A DNA stretch of 28,447 nt from a virus (IMGVR_UViG_3300016649_000434:1-28447); one strand, 5' to 3'; counted from the first letter of the stretch, positions 16,005 through 25,464 are shown. Notes: generated by a model not told the origin, from the sequence alone. Numbers and translations: made by a program.

Positions 16005-19000
16005 TTACTCTGCGATGAGGACTCCCTGCTCTCTTGCAATCCTGAGCAACTCTTCAAGCGCTTGGGTCTGCCTCTGAAGTTCAATGAGGTTGACGTCGCG
16101 TGCGGGGTCGTCGCCGCGGAGGAGACGGCTCAGTTCCCGGCTGCCTTCGACCGTCGTGGCATCGGACACCTGGAGGGCTGCCCGTGACGGACCCTGGAGG
16201 ATCGCGTTGGCGACCTCCTCGCCAAACTGAACGCGAAGCGGAGCGACTTGGCGGATGTTGTCGGCCAACACTCGCTGCTGGGCCTCACGCTGGATGACTC
16301 GATCGCTCGCCGCAAGGCGGACAGAATCCAGTTGTTGCGACAACTGCTCGCCTGCTCGCTGGGCCGGCGTCTGAATCAGTTCCCTGCCCTCCTTCACACT
16401 GACTGAGACCTGCCGGATGCGCTCCTGGCGGTCGCTGATTTCGCCAGCAGCAGCGTCGAACTGGTCGACGAGGTCTTGAATAGAATTCTGAATAAGATCT
16501 CTCTGCTTCAGCAATTCCTCCCGTTGCGGCGTGCCAAGTCCGCCTGATGCAAGTTGATTGTTGATGTCGCCGATGCGGGCAAACGGATCGTTGACTCCCA
16601 GGGCTGCTCCGCGCTGCAACACGCGGTCTTCGAGGCGGCCTCGCGCGAGTTGAATGTCGCGCTCGGCTATTCGCTGTGCGTCTCGCTGCCTGTCTAGTGC
16701 TGCGCTAGCCGATTCCCTGTCTGCCCTCGTCTGCGGCGTGTCGAGGCGTATGTTTCGTCGTCGTGCCTCGTCCGCGTCCTGCTGCGCTGACTGCACATTC
16801 GCCTGCGCGGATTGAGACGCCTTGTTGAGTCCATCAGCGAAAGTCCTGAGCGCGAGTGTCGCTGCCTCTAAGGCCCGTGCTTGTTCGTCGATTTCTGCGA
16901 TGCCTTGCTCGGCCCGTTCTTGAGCGAAGACATTGCCTGGGTCTGCTTCAGCGTCGGCGATGAGTTGGGAACGCTGCGCTTCTAGTTCCCTGAGCCTCCT
17001 CGCAAAAAGTCCTTCAGATATTCCTGACTGCTGAATGTTTTGCTCTATACGAGACCGACGCGCCTCCAAAGTGAACTGTGGGCCTACGATCCGTTGCTTG
17101 TCTGCGTCTCTGGCCTGTGCGACGGCCGCTTCCCTGGCTTCTCGCCCCCTTTGCAGCCGCCGATCCGCATCGCGCAGCCTCTCGTCCCTAACGTCTGCGT
17201 CGGCGCGAGTCTGGCCGCTCTCCGCAAAATCTCTTTGGGCTTCTGAAATCGCGACTCGGGCCGCGTCAATCTCCTCCGCCGCTCTGTCGAGCGATCTCCT
17301 GATAGACAGAGCGCCCGGCACACCGGACTGGATTGCCTTCGCGATGTTGTCTTGCGCAAGTTCAATTTGCTGTGCTGCGGTAGACGCTGAACTGAAAAGA
17401 CGGGCAGCAAATTCGTCTGCGGCGCGACGGATTGGTGCATCCAGAGAATTGATCAACTCCTCCAACTGCCCAGCAAGCCGAGCGTCTCCTCGCTCCGACG
17501 CCCTAGCCTGAGCATCGGAAAGGACTTGGCGCGCCTGCGCTGGGTCGTTGACGCCGCCGAGGCCGGCGAGCACTCCATCGCGTATGGCGTTTCCTGCGTT
17601 GACGGCTGCGTCGCGCGCAATTGCCGAGGCGCTGGGTCCGCCGATTGCGGCGTTTCCCTGAGCCGAGAGGGCGGCCCTTGCTGTCGCTTGATCGAAGACT
17701 TCCTGAGCACGAGCCGTCGCCTGGTCAAGCGTTACGTCTGGCCTGTTGCGGACACGAGACTCCTCGGCGGCAAGGCGCCTTCTCGCTTCGTCAAGCCTTC
17801 GCTGTGCTGCGACTGCTTGATCCCTGGTAGTCGCCCCCCCCAGTTCCCGCTCCGCTACGCTCGCGTCCGCGCGCGCTGTCTGCACACGCTCGTCCAGCCC
17901 GAGAGCGCGCTGGTCCCTGAGTTCCCTCAGTTTTCCGACTATGTCGTCCAGTTCCTCCCTGAAAGCCCTGGCTTCCTGAGCCGGACCAGAGAACGCTCGC
18001 CTTGCGATGCTGTCTCCAAGCGATGAAAACGCTTGCGCTAACTCTTCAGCCAATGACTTCTGGCGACTCAGAGCATCGTTGAATGCCTTTGTCTGATCCT
18101 CTGCCGTCCGACCGCTGTTGGCCCAGTTGATGAGCGCGACTGCGACTTGTGAGAAGGCGGATAGCGCCACACCTGTTATCAACCCGGCGGTTCCGCCGAT
18201 GATGAAGCCCAACTGCGAAATGTTGTTGCCGGCAGCCCTGATCCTCTGACTCAGGTCTCCTGTGACGCTGAAGAAGTCGTCGAAGGCGAAGATCGCCTGC
18301 TGAACAGCGAGTCCGGTGTTTCCGAATGCGCCTCTTGAGACGTCGCCGGCTCTCTGAAGTTGTTCCGCAAGCCTGTTCGGCCTGACCCGCAGAACGGCGG
18401 CGGCGGCCTCGACGGCCTCACGCTCAACTTGGTTGAGTTGCGCAGCAGCCTGCCGAAACCCACCAGGAGTATTTGCCGCCCGCTGAAACGCGGCAGCCAA
18501 GTCGTCGGCTGCTTGTTCAGCCCTTGTCGTGTCGCCGGTCGCTCGCAGTAACTGCTGTCTCAAGAATTGGAGGCGACCGGCCGCGCCTTGAATGTCTGCG
18601 TTGTCGGCAAATTCCCTGAAAGTGCCACCAAACGAAGCGGCGGCTCTCTGTGCGCGTGTGACACCCGTCGTTAGACCTCGCAGCGCTTGCGAAGCACGCT
18701 CAATGTCTTCCGGCAGCGCATCGTCGGCGGCCGTGAGTCGGATCAGTTCGGCCTCTGCCTGACGGATCGCCGGAATCAGTTGAGCACGAAACGGTTCCGG
18801 CAACTGTGCGATTTGGTTTTTGAGCGAAACTGTCGACGACTCAAGAGTTGCCAGGGCTGTGGCTGAAGAAGACACGTCTGGCCCAAGCCTGCCGGCCAAC
18901 GCCTGGGTTCTCTCAAGACTCACCTGCCGCGGGTCAGGCGGCAGGTCGATTACGGGTGGCAGGAGAGCGGTTGCAACCTCGCGGCGCCTCTGTTGGTCTG

Positions 19001-20429
19001 CTGAGAGTTCCGCTCGGCGGGCCTCTTCCTCTCGAAGTGCTGCGATGTCTTGGGCACGCTGCTGGATCGACCGGCCCGTTGCATCCGTTGTCGACGCTGC
19101 GCCTTGGTTGGAGATCAGTTGAGACTCTTGCTGGAGAACGCCCAGCAACTGCGAGGCGGCCTGCGCTCTCAGTCTTGCCGATGATGCCGCGATCTCGTCG
19201 GCTTCGGCAGCGTCGCGGGCTGCGGTCGCTCGTCGGGCCTCTTCCTCTCGGAGTGCTGCGATGTCTTGGACACGCTGCTGAATCGACCGGCCCGTTGCGT
19301 CCGTTGTCGACGCTGCGCCTTGGTTGGAGATCAGTTGAGACTCTTGCTGGAGAACGCCCAGCAACTGCGAAGCAGCCTGCGCTCTCAGTCTTGCCGATGA
19401 TGCCGCGATCTCGTCGGCTTCGGCAGCGTCGCGGGCTGCGGTCGCTCGGCGGGCCTCTTCCTCTCGGAGTGTTGCGATATCTCGGACGCGCTGCTGAATC
19501 GACCGGCCCGTTGCGTCCGTTGTTGATCGCAACTGCGTTGCGGCCCCGATGTTCTGCTCAATCTCCCTCTCTCTAGTGGCGCGCTCGCCTGCAAGCCTTA
19601 CGGCTTCGTTTGATAGGGCTACCTGCCTTTCCAGTTGCGCGTTGACCTGGGAGAGACGTTGCGTCTGTGCGTCAAGGTTCGCCTGGGCCGCCGCTGCATC
19701 GCCTCGCCGTGTGTTGCGGACGTTCTCAAGAACAGCGAGGAGCCTCGCCGCCTCCTCGGCCTCGCGGCGCTGAAGTTCGACAAGTTGGGCAACGGCGCCA
19801 GACGCCCTGGCGTCCGCGGGGAGTGTCGATGCCTGCGACTGGAGGGCGGATGTTCTTTGCAGTTCAGCAGCGAAGCCGGCCTGCTGGAATCGGAGTTCGC
19901 GGCCCGTGGCGAGACCAGATACGGCCGACCCGGCCTCACCAAGACGGGAGATCGAAGACCGGGCTTCATCGATAACACGCTTCAGCCTCTCGTAGCCTGC
20001 CGCGTTTTTGATCTGCCCTCGGTTGATCGCGCTCTCGGCCAACTGCGCCGCGTTTTGGGCGCGTGTCAGCGATCCGATGAATTCGTTCTGTATGGTGGCG
20101 GACAGTGCAGCGAACTGCTTCTGACTGGCGCCCAACGGCCTCGCAATGTCGTTCGCGGCACCGACGATTGCACGAATGCGCTCCGCACTGCCGCCAACCT
20201 TGATGTCAAGCGTTCTTGTGTTCGCGGCCTGTAGCGCCCGCTCAAGGCGCTGAAGCGGCGTGAAGATTTCTTGGAAAGACCTTCCGGCCGCCGAATTCGC
20301 CGACACGATGGTCGATCGAACAGTGCGTGCGTACTTCTCGACGTCGCGTGCGCTGGCGTTCAGTCCGCTCGCGATCTGGGACATATTGATTGTCCCGACC
20401 GCGGCGATCTTTCCGATGTAGTTCGCCAT
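16005..20429 (-). CDS. Tape measure protein
   Basis: 1474 aa, Ala/Arg/Gln/Glu-rich helical; hydrophobic segment (LGFIIGGTAGLITGVALSAFSQVAVALI); follows the chaperone pair. Confidence 0.9.
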   Translation of the reverse strand: MANYIGKIAAVGTINMSQIASGLNASARDVEKYARTVRSTIVSANSAAGRSFQEIFTPLQRLERALQAANTRTLDIKVGGSAERIRAIVGAANDIARPLGASQKQFAALSATIQNEFIGSLTRAQNAAQLAESAINRGQIKNAAGYERLKRVIDEARSSISRLGEAGSAVSGLATGRELRFQQAGFAAELQRTSALQSQASTLPADARASGAVAQLVELQRREAEEAARLLAVLENVRNTRRGDAAAAQANLDAQTQRLSQVNAQLERQVALSNEAVRLAGERATREREIEQNIGAATQLRSTTDATGRSIQQRVRDIATLREEEARRATAARDAAEADEIAASSARLRAQAASQLLGVLQQESQLISNQGAASTTDATGRSIQQRVQDIAALREEEARRATAARDAAEADEIAASSARLRAQAASQLLGVLQQESQLISNQGAASTTDATGRSIQQRAQDIAALREEEARRAELSADQQRRREVATALLPPVIDLPPDPRQVSLERTQALAGRLGPDVSSSATALATLESSTVSLKNQIAQLPEPFRAQLIPAIRQAEAELIRLTAADDALPEDIERASQALRGLTTGVTRAQRAAASFGGTFREFADNADIQGAAGRLQFLRQQLLRATGDTTRAEQAADDLAAAFQRAANTPGGFRQAAAQLNQVEREAVEAAAAVLRVRPNRLAEQLQRAGDVSRGAFGNTGLAVQQAIFAFDDFFSVTGDLSQRIRAAGNNISQLGFIIGGTAGLITGVALSAFSQVAVALINWANSGRTAEDQTKAFNDALSRQKSLAEELAQAFSSLGDSIARRAFSGPAQEARAFREELDDIVGKLRELRDQRALGLDERVQTARADASVAERELGGATTRDQAVAAQRRLDEARRRLAAEESRVRNRPDVTLDQATARAQEVFDQATARAALSAQGNAAIGGPSASAIARDAAVNAGNAIRDGVLAGLGGVNDPAQARQVLSDAQARASERGDARLAGQLEELINSLDAPIRRAADEFAARLFSSASTAAQQIELAQDNIAKAIQSGVPGALSIRRSLDRAAEEIDAARVAISEAQRDFAESGQTRADADVRDERLRDADRRLQRGREAREAAVAQARDADKQRIVGPQFTLEARRSRIEQNIQQSGISEGLFARRLRELEAQRSQLIADAEADPGNVFAQERAEQGIAEIDEQARALEAATLALRTFADGLNKASQSAQANVQSAQQDADEARRRNIRLDTPQTRADRESASAALDRQRDAQRIAERDIQLARGRLEDRVLQRGAALGVNDPFARIGDINNQLASGGLGTPQREELLKQRDLIQNSIQDLVDQFDAAAGEISDRQERIRQVSVSVKEGRELIQTPAQRAGEQLSQQLDSVRLAASDRVIQREAQQRVLADNIRQVAPLRVQFGEEVANAILQGPSRAALQVSDATTVEGSRELSRLLRGDDPARDVNLIELQRQTQALEELLRIAREQGVLIAE
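19012..19526 (-). repeat. 216-bp (72-aa) near-identical tandem repeat in tape measure, about 2.4 copies
   Basis: CCGGCCCGTTGC(A/G)TCCGTTG starts at 19071, 19287 and 19503; unit STTDATGRSIQQR...ISNQGAA. Confidence 0.93.
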
Positions 20430-20433
20430 CGCC

Positions 20434-20751
20434 TCATCCTTGTGGCGGTGCCAACAACTTCGCCAGTTCCTGCATCATCTGCTCTTGCGTCTGCGGTTTC
20501 TTCCTTGCGGCCGGGATGAACACGTCCTCGTCAGGCACCCGCTTGTAGTTCCCGCTGGCGGCCATGATCGTCCGGCAGATTCGGGCGGTCTGGAGCCAGG
20601 AGTTCGGCAGCGGGTATATCTGGTCAAACGCGGCCCACTCGGAGAGTTCCTCGCTGTCGACGGTGTTCAGCAGTTCCTTGACGCTGCGGCCGAGCGCCAA
20701 AGCCAGCCTCATGTAGAAGAGGCGCTCTGGACGCTCGGCGAATCGTTTCCC
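20434..20751 (-). CDS. Tail assembly chaperone, frameshifted C-terminal extension (lambda T-like)
   Basis: The -1 frame after the slippery site reads KRFAERPERLFYMRLALALGRSVKELL...ELSEWAAF, typical of G-T extensions. Confidence 0.8.
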   Translation of the reverse strand, partial: GKRFAERPERLFYMRLALALGRSVKELLNTVDSEELSEWAAFDQIYPLPNSWLQTARICRTIMAASGNYKRVPDEDVFIPAARKKPQTQEQMMQELAKLLAPPQG

Positions 20752-21074
20752 AGCGCCTCCACGGCGGCCGGCGTGAAGGCGTTGAACTCCCACGCCTCGT
20801 CGAAGAGGCGGTTGAGCACCTTGCTCGACTTCTTGTTGAGAGCCTCGACCTCGTCGTTGGTAAACACTCGCTCGCCGGAGGCGTCGCAGATCGTGAGCAC
20901 GAGGAAGCGGGTGCGGAACGCATCCATCTTCTTCTCGCTGTACGCCTGCTCGAACACGTCGCGGTCGGCGCCGCTGATCACGCGGATGCAGACCGCTCCG
21001 CCCCACTCAGGAACGTCGACTTCCTTGGTCTTGATGTCCTTCGCTTCGAGAATCGCCTTCTTCGACAGAACCAC
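20709..21074 (-). CDS. Tail assembly chaperone (lambda G-like)
   Basis: 121 aa: VDVPEWGGAVCIR...ICDASGERVF...LGN; AGGAG RBS; lies between tube genes and tape measure. Confidence 0.85.
   Translation of the reverse strand: MVLSKKAILEAKDIKTKEVDVPEWGGAVCIRVISGADRDVFEQAYSEKKMDAFRTRFLVLTICDASGERVFTNDEVEALNKKSSKVLNRLFDEAWEFNAFTPAAVEALGNDSPSVQSASST
20745..20751 (-). promoter_or_regulatory. -1 programmed ribosomal frameshift heptamer G GGA AAC
   Basis: X XXY YYZ heptamer in the correct phase (CTG GGA AAC) near the chaperone end, joining to the open -1 frame. Confidence 0.85.
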
Positions 21075-21088
21075 GGGAGTCTCCTGAT

Positions 21089-21448
21089 CTATGGAACGAA
21101 GTCAGTTATCCGAAACTTGAGTTGCCCGTTCACCAGTTCGCCTGTCCTGGCTGAGATGCTGGCGCTTTCCAAAATCACCCGGCGAGTGACGTTGTATGCA
21201 CTGCTGGTGAAGATAAGCAGGTCGTTCCTGCCGACCAGCGTCTGCGGGTCCACTGGAAGATCTATGAAGTCGACCGTCACAGACCCCCCGCGGATGTCCC
21301 CCGTCGCAGCCTGATACGAGTACCCCGCAGCGTCCGTCACGCTCGTCATGTCGACGATCTCGGCAACAGGCGTCTCCACCTGCACAGAGGTGACGGTCGC
21401 CTGCACGCCGTAGAACGAGAATGTCGCGTTGTACGGGACACCGGGCAT
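21089..21448 (-). CDS. Tail tube-like protein, paralog 3
   Basis: 119 aa: ATFSFYG..VTSVQVE...VTVDF...GELVNGQLKFRI. Confidence 0.7.
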   Translation of the reverse strand: MPGVPYNATFSFYGVQATVTSVQVETPVAEIVDMTSVTDAAGYSYQAATGDIRGGSVTVDFIDLPVDPQTLVGRNDLLIFTSSAYNVTRRVILESASISARTGELVNGQLKFRITDFVP

Positions 21449-21450
21449 TA

Positions 21451-21801
21451 CTACGCCACCCGAAACGACGCGCTGCCTCGCACCAATTCACCGACGGCCG
21501 CAACAACCTGCGACGAGACGCAGGTTGCTTGGCCGGAGAACGAAATGCGACCAGAGATCGACAGCGTTCCGGTCGCGTTGACGGTCGGGATGCTGCCGGC
21601 GAGGTACTCGATATCGACCGTCGCCCGCTCGTCCTCTGTGCGGTGCGTGCGGTACACAGGCTCGAAATCGTTGACGGCGAGCCCCATGTGGGCGCCGCCG
21701 ACGAACCTGCGCTCCTGCCCGTAGTTGACCTGCACGCTCGTAACGGTGAGGTTCGCGCCGTTGAACGAGAAGGTCGTCCCGTGAGAAGGTACGCCCGCCA
21801 T
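21451..21801 (-). CDS. Tail tube-like protein, paralog 2
   Basis: 116 aa: GTTFSFNG..VTSVQVN...VGELVRGSASFRVA. Confidence 0.7.
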   Translation of the reverse strand: MAGVPSHGTTFSFNGANLTVTSVQVNYGQERRFVGGAHMGLAVNDFEPVYRTHRTEDERATVDIEYLAGSIPTVNATGTLSISGRISFSGQATCVSSQVVAAVGELVRGSASFRVA

Positions 21802-21804
21802 CGC

Positions 21805-22140
21805 TTACGCGACGCGGAACGTCGCGCTCCCAGAGATGAGGGCACCGACGGAACCGCCGATCGAGGCGGACGCGCAGGTCGCGTTGCCGCTGAAGTTGAT
21901 CGGGCCGGTGATCGCGAGCGAGCCGGACGTGCCGGCCGACAGGATGCTGGTCGAGATGTAGTCGATCGTGACCTCGCGGTCAGTCGCGAAGCCGCCGACG
22001 AACTCCCGGCGCTGGTTCGGGCCGATGCCGAGGTGGCTGCCGTCGATGAGGTCTTGCGTGTCATTGACCTGCACGCTCGTGATCGTCAGCGTCGTGCCGC
22101 CGAACGTGAACGTCAGCCCCTGTGCCGAAACGCCAGCCAT
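21805..22140 (-). CDS. Tail tube (major tail)-like protein, paralog 1
   Basis: 111 aa, strong AAGGAGG RBS, directly after the terminator gene; GLTFTFGG..ITSVQVN..IDGSHL..VGALISGSATFRVA. Confidence 0.75.
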   Translation of the reverse strand: MAGVSAQGLTFTFGGTTLTITSVQVNDTQDLIDGSHLGIGPNQRREFVGGFATDREVTIDYISTSILSAGTSGSLAITGPINFSGNATCASASIGGSVGALISGSATFRVA

Positions 22141-22176
22141 AGAAACGCCTCCTTGCGCCTTGTGTCTTCGTGCCGC

Positions 22177-22599
22177 CTAGTTGGGCGACTCCTGCCACCG
22201 ACATTGCCACAGTTGCCTGACCTCGTAGGCCGGTGGCAACTGGGCGCCGACGGTGGTCGGATCGAGGAAGTCGTCCGTCTCGGACACCAGCCTCATATCT
22301 TCAATTCTAACCCCCGCCAGCGTGCCGGTGCGGTGATCCAGAGCGAGCCGGACGTCGTCTGCCAACTCTCTGGCGGCGTCGTGAGTCAGCGCCCATGAGG
22401 CGATCTGGATGCTCATCAGCGGCAGATACAGGGGGTTGCCTAGGGTGCCCTCGCGGGCGATGTTCGCCCGCTTGTAGACGAGGAACGGGAAGTCGGTCTT
22501 CGGCACGGCGACGGCGTAGATGCGGAACCCGACGCGCCTCGCCACCGACGGGTTGCCGGCGAGCACCTGATAGATGTGATTTTCGGCTTGCAGGAGCAT
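22177..22599 (-). CDS. Tail terminator/completion protein (DUF3168-like)
   Basis: 140 aa: VGFRIY..P....PFLVY...IQIASWA....ARELADDVRLALD; synteny. Confidence 0.8.
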   Translation of the reverse strand: MLLQAENHIYQVLAGNPSVARRVGFRIYAVAVPKTDFPFLVYKRANIAREGTLGNPLYLPLMSIQIASWALTHDAARELADDVRLALDHRTGTLAGVRIEDMRLVSETDDFLDPTTVGAQLPPAYEVRQLWQCRWQESPN

Positions 22600-22600
22600 T

Positions 22601-23338
22601 TCAGCGGCTCAGGTCGTCGATGAATTTGGTCAGGGACGCTCGGACGGCCGACAGGACCGCCTGACGGCTGTCATTGATGGCACGCTCCATTAGGTGCTGC
22701 GGCTTCATTTCGCCGTAGGTCTCGCCGGGGGCCAAGACGAATGGGCGCGAGCCCCCAGCGGTCTTCACGAAGCCCTTGGCCTTGCTTCCCATGAGGAAGT
22801 AGTAGCCCCTGCCGAGCCGCTCGAACTGCTCGTTCGTGGACGTGCCGGGAACTCTTGCCTTTCGCCCGAATCGGCCGTTGATTGCTTGATGGACGTTCAC
22901 GTAGGTTCGACGATTTTGCGATCCCGGTTTTCTCCTGCCGGTGCCGAACTCAACCAGCCACGCATGGTTCCCCGCGCCCTTCTCCTCAACGTCCCACTCC
23001 TTGCCTTCAACAACGTGGGTGGGTCCGCCGACGGCGATGTATATCCCCTCGTACTTCTTCTTGCCGTCCCTGATCCTGAATGACCGACGAAGGTTTCCCG
23101 TGACGCTAGTGACGCTGCTCCGGTAGGCTGTCTGAACAGGCCGAAGGCCGTCTTTAGCCGCCTTTTGGAGGAACCGGCCGGGGTCTTTGAGGCACTTCGC
23201 GGAGGCGTCTTCAAGTTTCCGGCGAAGGTCGTCGATGCCGTCGAACCTGAGATTTACGAATGCCTCAAGCGCTTGGCGCGCCGTGCCGCCGCTTGGCAAA
23301 GTCCGCGGTTGTGTGGCATCAATCTGGATCGCCATCAC
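22601..23338 (-). CDS. HK97 gp10-like tail morphogenesis protein
   Basis: TGNLRRS, HAWLVEFGT, basic composition, position after the head-closure gene. Confidence 0.8.
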   Translation of the reverse strand: MMAIQIDATQPRTLPSGGTARQALEAFVNLRFDGIDDLRRKLEDASAKCLKDPGRFLQKAAKDGLRPVQTAYRSSVTSVTGNLRRSFRIRDGKKKYEGIYIAVGGPTHVVEGKEWDVEEKGAGNHAWLVEFGTGRRKPGSQNRRTYVNVHQAINGRFGRKARVPGTSTNEQFERLGRGYYFLMGSKAKGFVKTAGGSRPFVLAPGETYGEMKPQHLMERAINDSRQAVLSAVRASLTKFIDDLSR

Positions 23339-23655
23339 TGCACCTCGCGGGCGAGCATTTCAAGGTACGTGCGATTTCCTCGCTCCGTCACGCTCGACAG
23401 TTCCATGGTACGGCCACGCCAGACGATGCGGTGGAGGTGCGTGACGTCTTCCCGGTAGCGGATGCGGACGCGGTGGGTCGCGATCACGTTCGCCTGCTGG
23501 GCTTGCAGGATGTCGCGGCTGGAGAGGCCGTCCACCTGTGCCCAGACCGTCGCGACGGTCGTGCCCCACGACATCACCGACTCGCCGGAGAAACTCCTCG
23601 ACTCCGTCGGAGAGAGGATCGTGACCCGCTCGGTGTATTTGCCGATGTCGATCAC
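23335..23655 (-). CDS. Head closure/head-tail adaptor (SPP1 gp16-like)
   Basis: GTG at 23655 (GTGA overlap), 106 aa: GKYTERVTI...VATVWAQV...THRVRIRYREDVT..HRIVWRGR. Confidence 0.88.
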   Translation of the reverse strand: MIDIGKYTERVTILSPTESRSFSGESVMSWGTTVATVWAQVDGLSSRDILQAQQANVIATHRVRIRYREDVTHLHRIVWRGRTMELSSVTERGNRTYLEMLAREVQ

Positions 23656-24110
23656 GCGACGCTGCCCTCGCCCAGGAGCACGATGTCGTAGTTGCCGCCG
23701 ACCGTTCCGGTCACCGTCACGCCGGAGACGGCCATGCCGGCGGCTGACGGGTCGACCTGCACCGCCACGGCACCGCCGGCAACCGTCAGGCCGGCGGCCG
23801 GGAACGGCGCGCCCGCGAAAGCGATGCTCGACGCACCGCGATTTCGCAGATACCACGCCTTCACGGCCGTGATCGTCACCGTGACCGTGGCGCCGCCCCG
23901 GACGTCCGACAGCGTCGAGAGCGACAGGTTCTGGGATGCCGCGGCCAGCGTGCGATTCGCGCTCCACGCGACCTGGGCCTGATTGGCCGCCGAGCCGTCC
24001 GCCAGAGCCTGGGCGTAGGATGCCGGCGTGACGCGGATGCCGCTGGACAGGCTCGACGACTCCGTCTCGTGGGCCAGAAGCGACAGCGTGACTTGTGCGG
24101 AGAATGCCAT
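23652..24110 (-). CDS. Hypothetical structural protein (neck region)
   Basis: 152 aa; similar to 24114..24602 (SAQV, WSANRT, YLRN, YDIVLLG). Confidence 0.7.
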   Translation of the reverse strand: MAFSAQVTLSLLAHETESSSLSSGIRVTPASYAQALADGSAANQAQVAWSANRTLAAASQNLSLSTLSDVRGGATVTVTITAVKAWYLRNRGASSIAFAGAPFPAAGLTVAGGAVAVQVDPSAAGMAVSGVTVTGTVGGNYDIVLLGEGSVA

Positions 24111-24113
24111 GGC

Positions 24114-24602
24114 TCAACTGCCCATCAGGTAGATTTCGTAGGTCTTTCCCGGCGTGCCGCCGATTCGCAGAATCGACCCGCCGACAGTCGTGCCGAAGCC
24201 GGCGGAGTTCGGGCACGAAAGCAAAAACGAGCCGCCCTCGCGGATCGGGTAGCCACGAAGCGTCAGGCTGCCCAGATTGATCATCGGCGAGAAATTCCAA
24301 CTGGTGACGTCCTGTCGAAAGTTGGAGAACTGCGATCCGTTCCAGCCGGCAGTGAGCGCGATCTGCGTCGTCGTCGACAGGTTCTTCACGCAGATGAGTT
24401 TCAGGGTCGAGATGCCGACGCTTGCGAAGTCCACCTCGTCGTAGCCGATCGCGGGGAACGTCCTCCGATCAGTCCAAACGCGGTCGCAGTCGCCGACGTT
24501 CACCGACAGGTCGATCGGGTATGAGTCAACGCTCGACGACAGGCCGCTGGTCTCGAAGCGGCGAGCCTGCACGGCGGCGCTGACTTGGGCGGTGAGCGTC
24601 AT
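24114..24602 (-). CDS. Hypothetical structural protein (neck region)
   Basis: ATG at 24602 (ATGA overlap), 162 aa: MTLTAQVS...WTDRRT...CVKNLS...YEIYLMG. Confidence 0.7.
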   Translation of the reverse strand: MTLTAQVSAAVQARRFETSGLSSSVDSYPIDLSVNVGDCDRVWTDRRTFPAIGYDEVDFASVGISTLKLICVKNLSTTTQIALTAGWNGSQFSNFRQDVTSWNFSPMINLGSLTLRGYPIREGGSFLLSCPNSAGFGTTVGGSILRIGGTPGKTYEIYLMGS

Positions 24603-25249
24603 CGGTAGCCGGCCCAGCCGGAGGCGGCGAGGACCGTCTCGAAGGTGTTCGGCACCGGCAGCACCTGCGAGTAGCCGGTGACCACGGGTTGCCGCATCTC
24701 GAACCAGTGGGCCACGAGGAGCGTGATCGCCTGCCGCAGCACGGGCGGCACTGCGGCCCCGTCGTTGCCGTAGCCTGCCGTCCACTGGACGACCACGCTG
24801 TTCTCGTCGCCTCGAACCGCCGGCCAGACGCCGTTGTAGAGCGGGTAGATGCGGCCGGGTGTGACGTAGTTGTCGATTTGAAAGGCGTTCGCGGCGCTCG
24901 TGATCGTGTTGGAGTTGCCGGCCTCATCGCGGTACGTGACCGTCACCGTTGCCGGCTGCATAGGCGGCCTGGGCAGGATGATCTCCCAGAGCGGAAACGT
25001 GTCGTACCGCGCCTGCCAGACCTGCGTGATCATCGAGATGTCGAGGATGTCCTCGCAGTACTGACGGGCCGCCGTGATGTAGGCCTGGATGAGAGCGTTG
25101 GAGTCGTCGTCATCGACGCGGCAGTGTGCCTTCGCCTCGGCGAGCGACACCGGCTCGACCGCCGGCGGCGTCGACTGGTAGAGGCTGCGGTACGGCGTGA
25201 TGCCAAGAGCCGGCGATCTCGGCTCGCCGTAGACGATCGTGACGCTCAT
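24599..25249 (-). CDS. Head-tail connector protein (HK97 gp6/phiE125 gp8-like)
   Basis: PAVEPVSLAEAKAHCRVD...ITAARQYCE...AGYG...VP..LRQAITLLVAHWFEMR. Confidence 0.9.
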   Translation of the reverse strand: MSVTIVYGEPRSPALGITPYRSLYQSTPPAVEPVSLAEAKAHCRVDDDDSNALIQAYITAARQYCEDILDISMITQVWQARYDTFPLWEIILPRPPMQPATVTVTYRDEAGNSNTITSAANAFQIDNYVTPGRIYPLYNGVWPAVRGDENSVVVQWTAGYGNDGAAVPPVLRQAITLLVAHWFEMRQPVVTGYSQVLPVPNTFETVLAASGWAGYR

Positions 25250-25464
25250 TTCCTCGGCCTCCTAGTCTGCCGATCCACGGCTCGCTCGACCTCTGGCTGG
25301 CGGGCGGCCTCCTCGACGACCGGAGGCTTCGGCATCGGCTGGGCCGGCTCAGGGATCGGCTCGATCATGCCGCGGGCCACGAGCAGGCGTGCCATGCCGT
25401 CTGACCAGTCGAACTCCTGGCCTTCCTTGTAGACGCCGAAGTTGCGAACGACGCGAATCCTCAT
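25246..25464 (-). CDS. Small hypothetical phage protein
   Basis: ATG at 25464 (ATGA overlaps at both ends), 72 aa: MRIRVVRNF...GQEF...ARLLVARGMIE; common small gene type before the connector. Confidence 0.75.
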   Translation of the reverse strand: MRIRVVRNFGVYKEGQEFDWSDGMARLLVARGMIEPIPEPAQPMPKPPVVEEAARQPEVERAVDRQTRRPRK

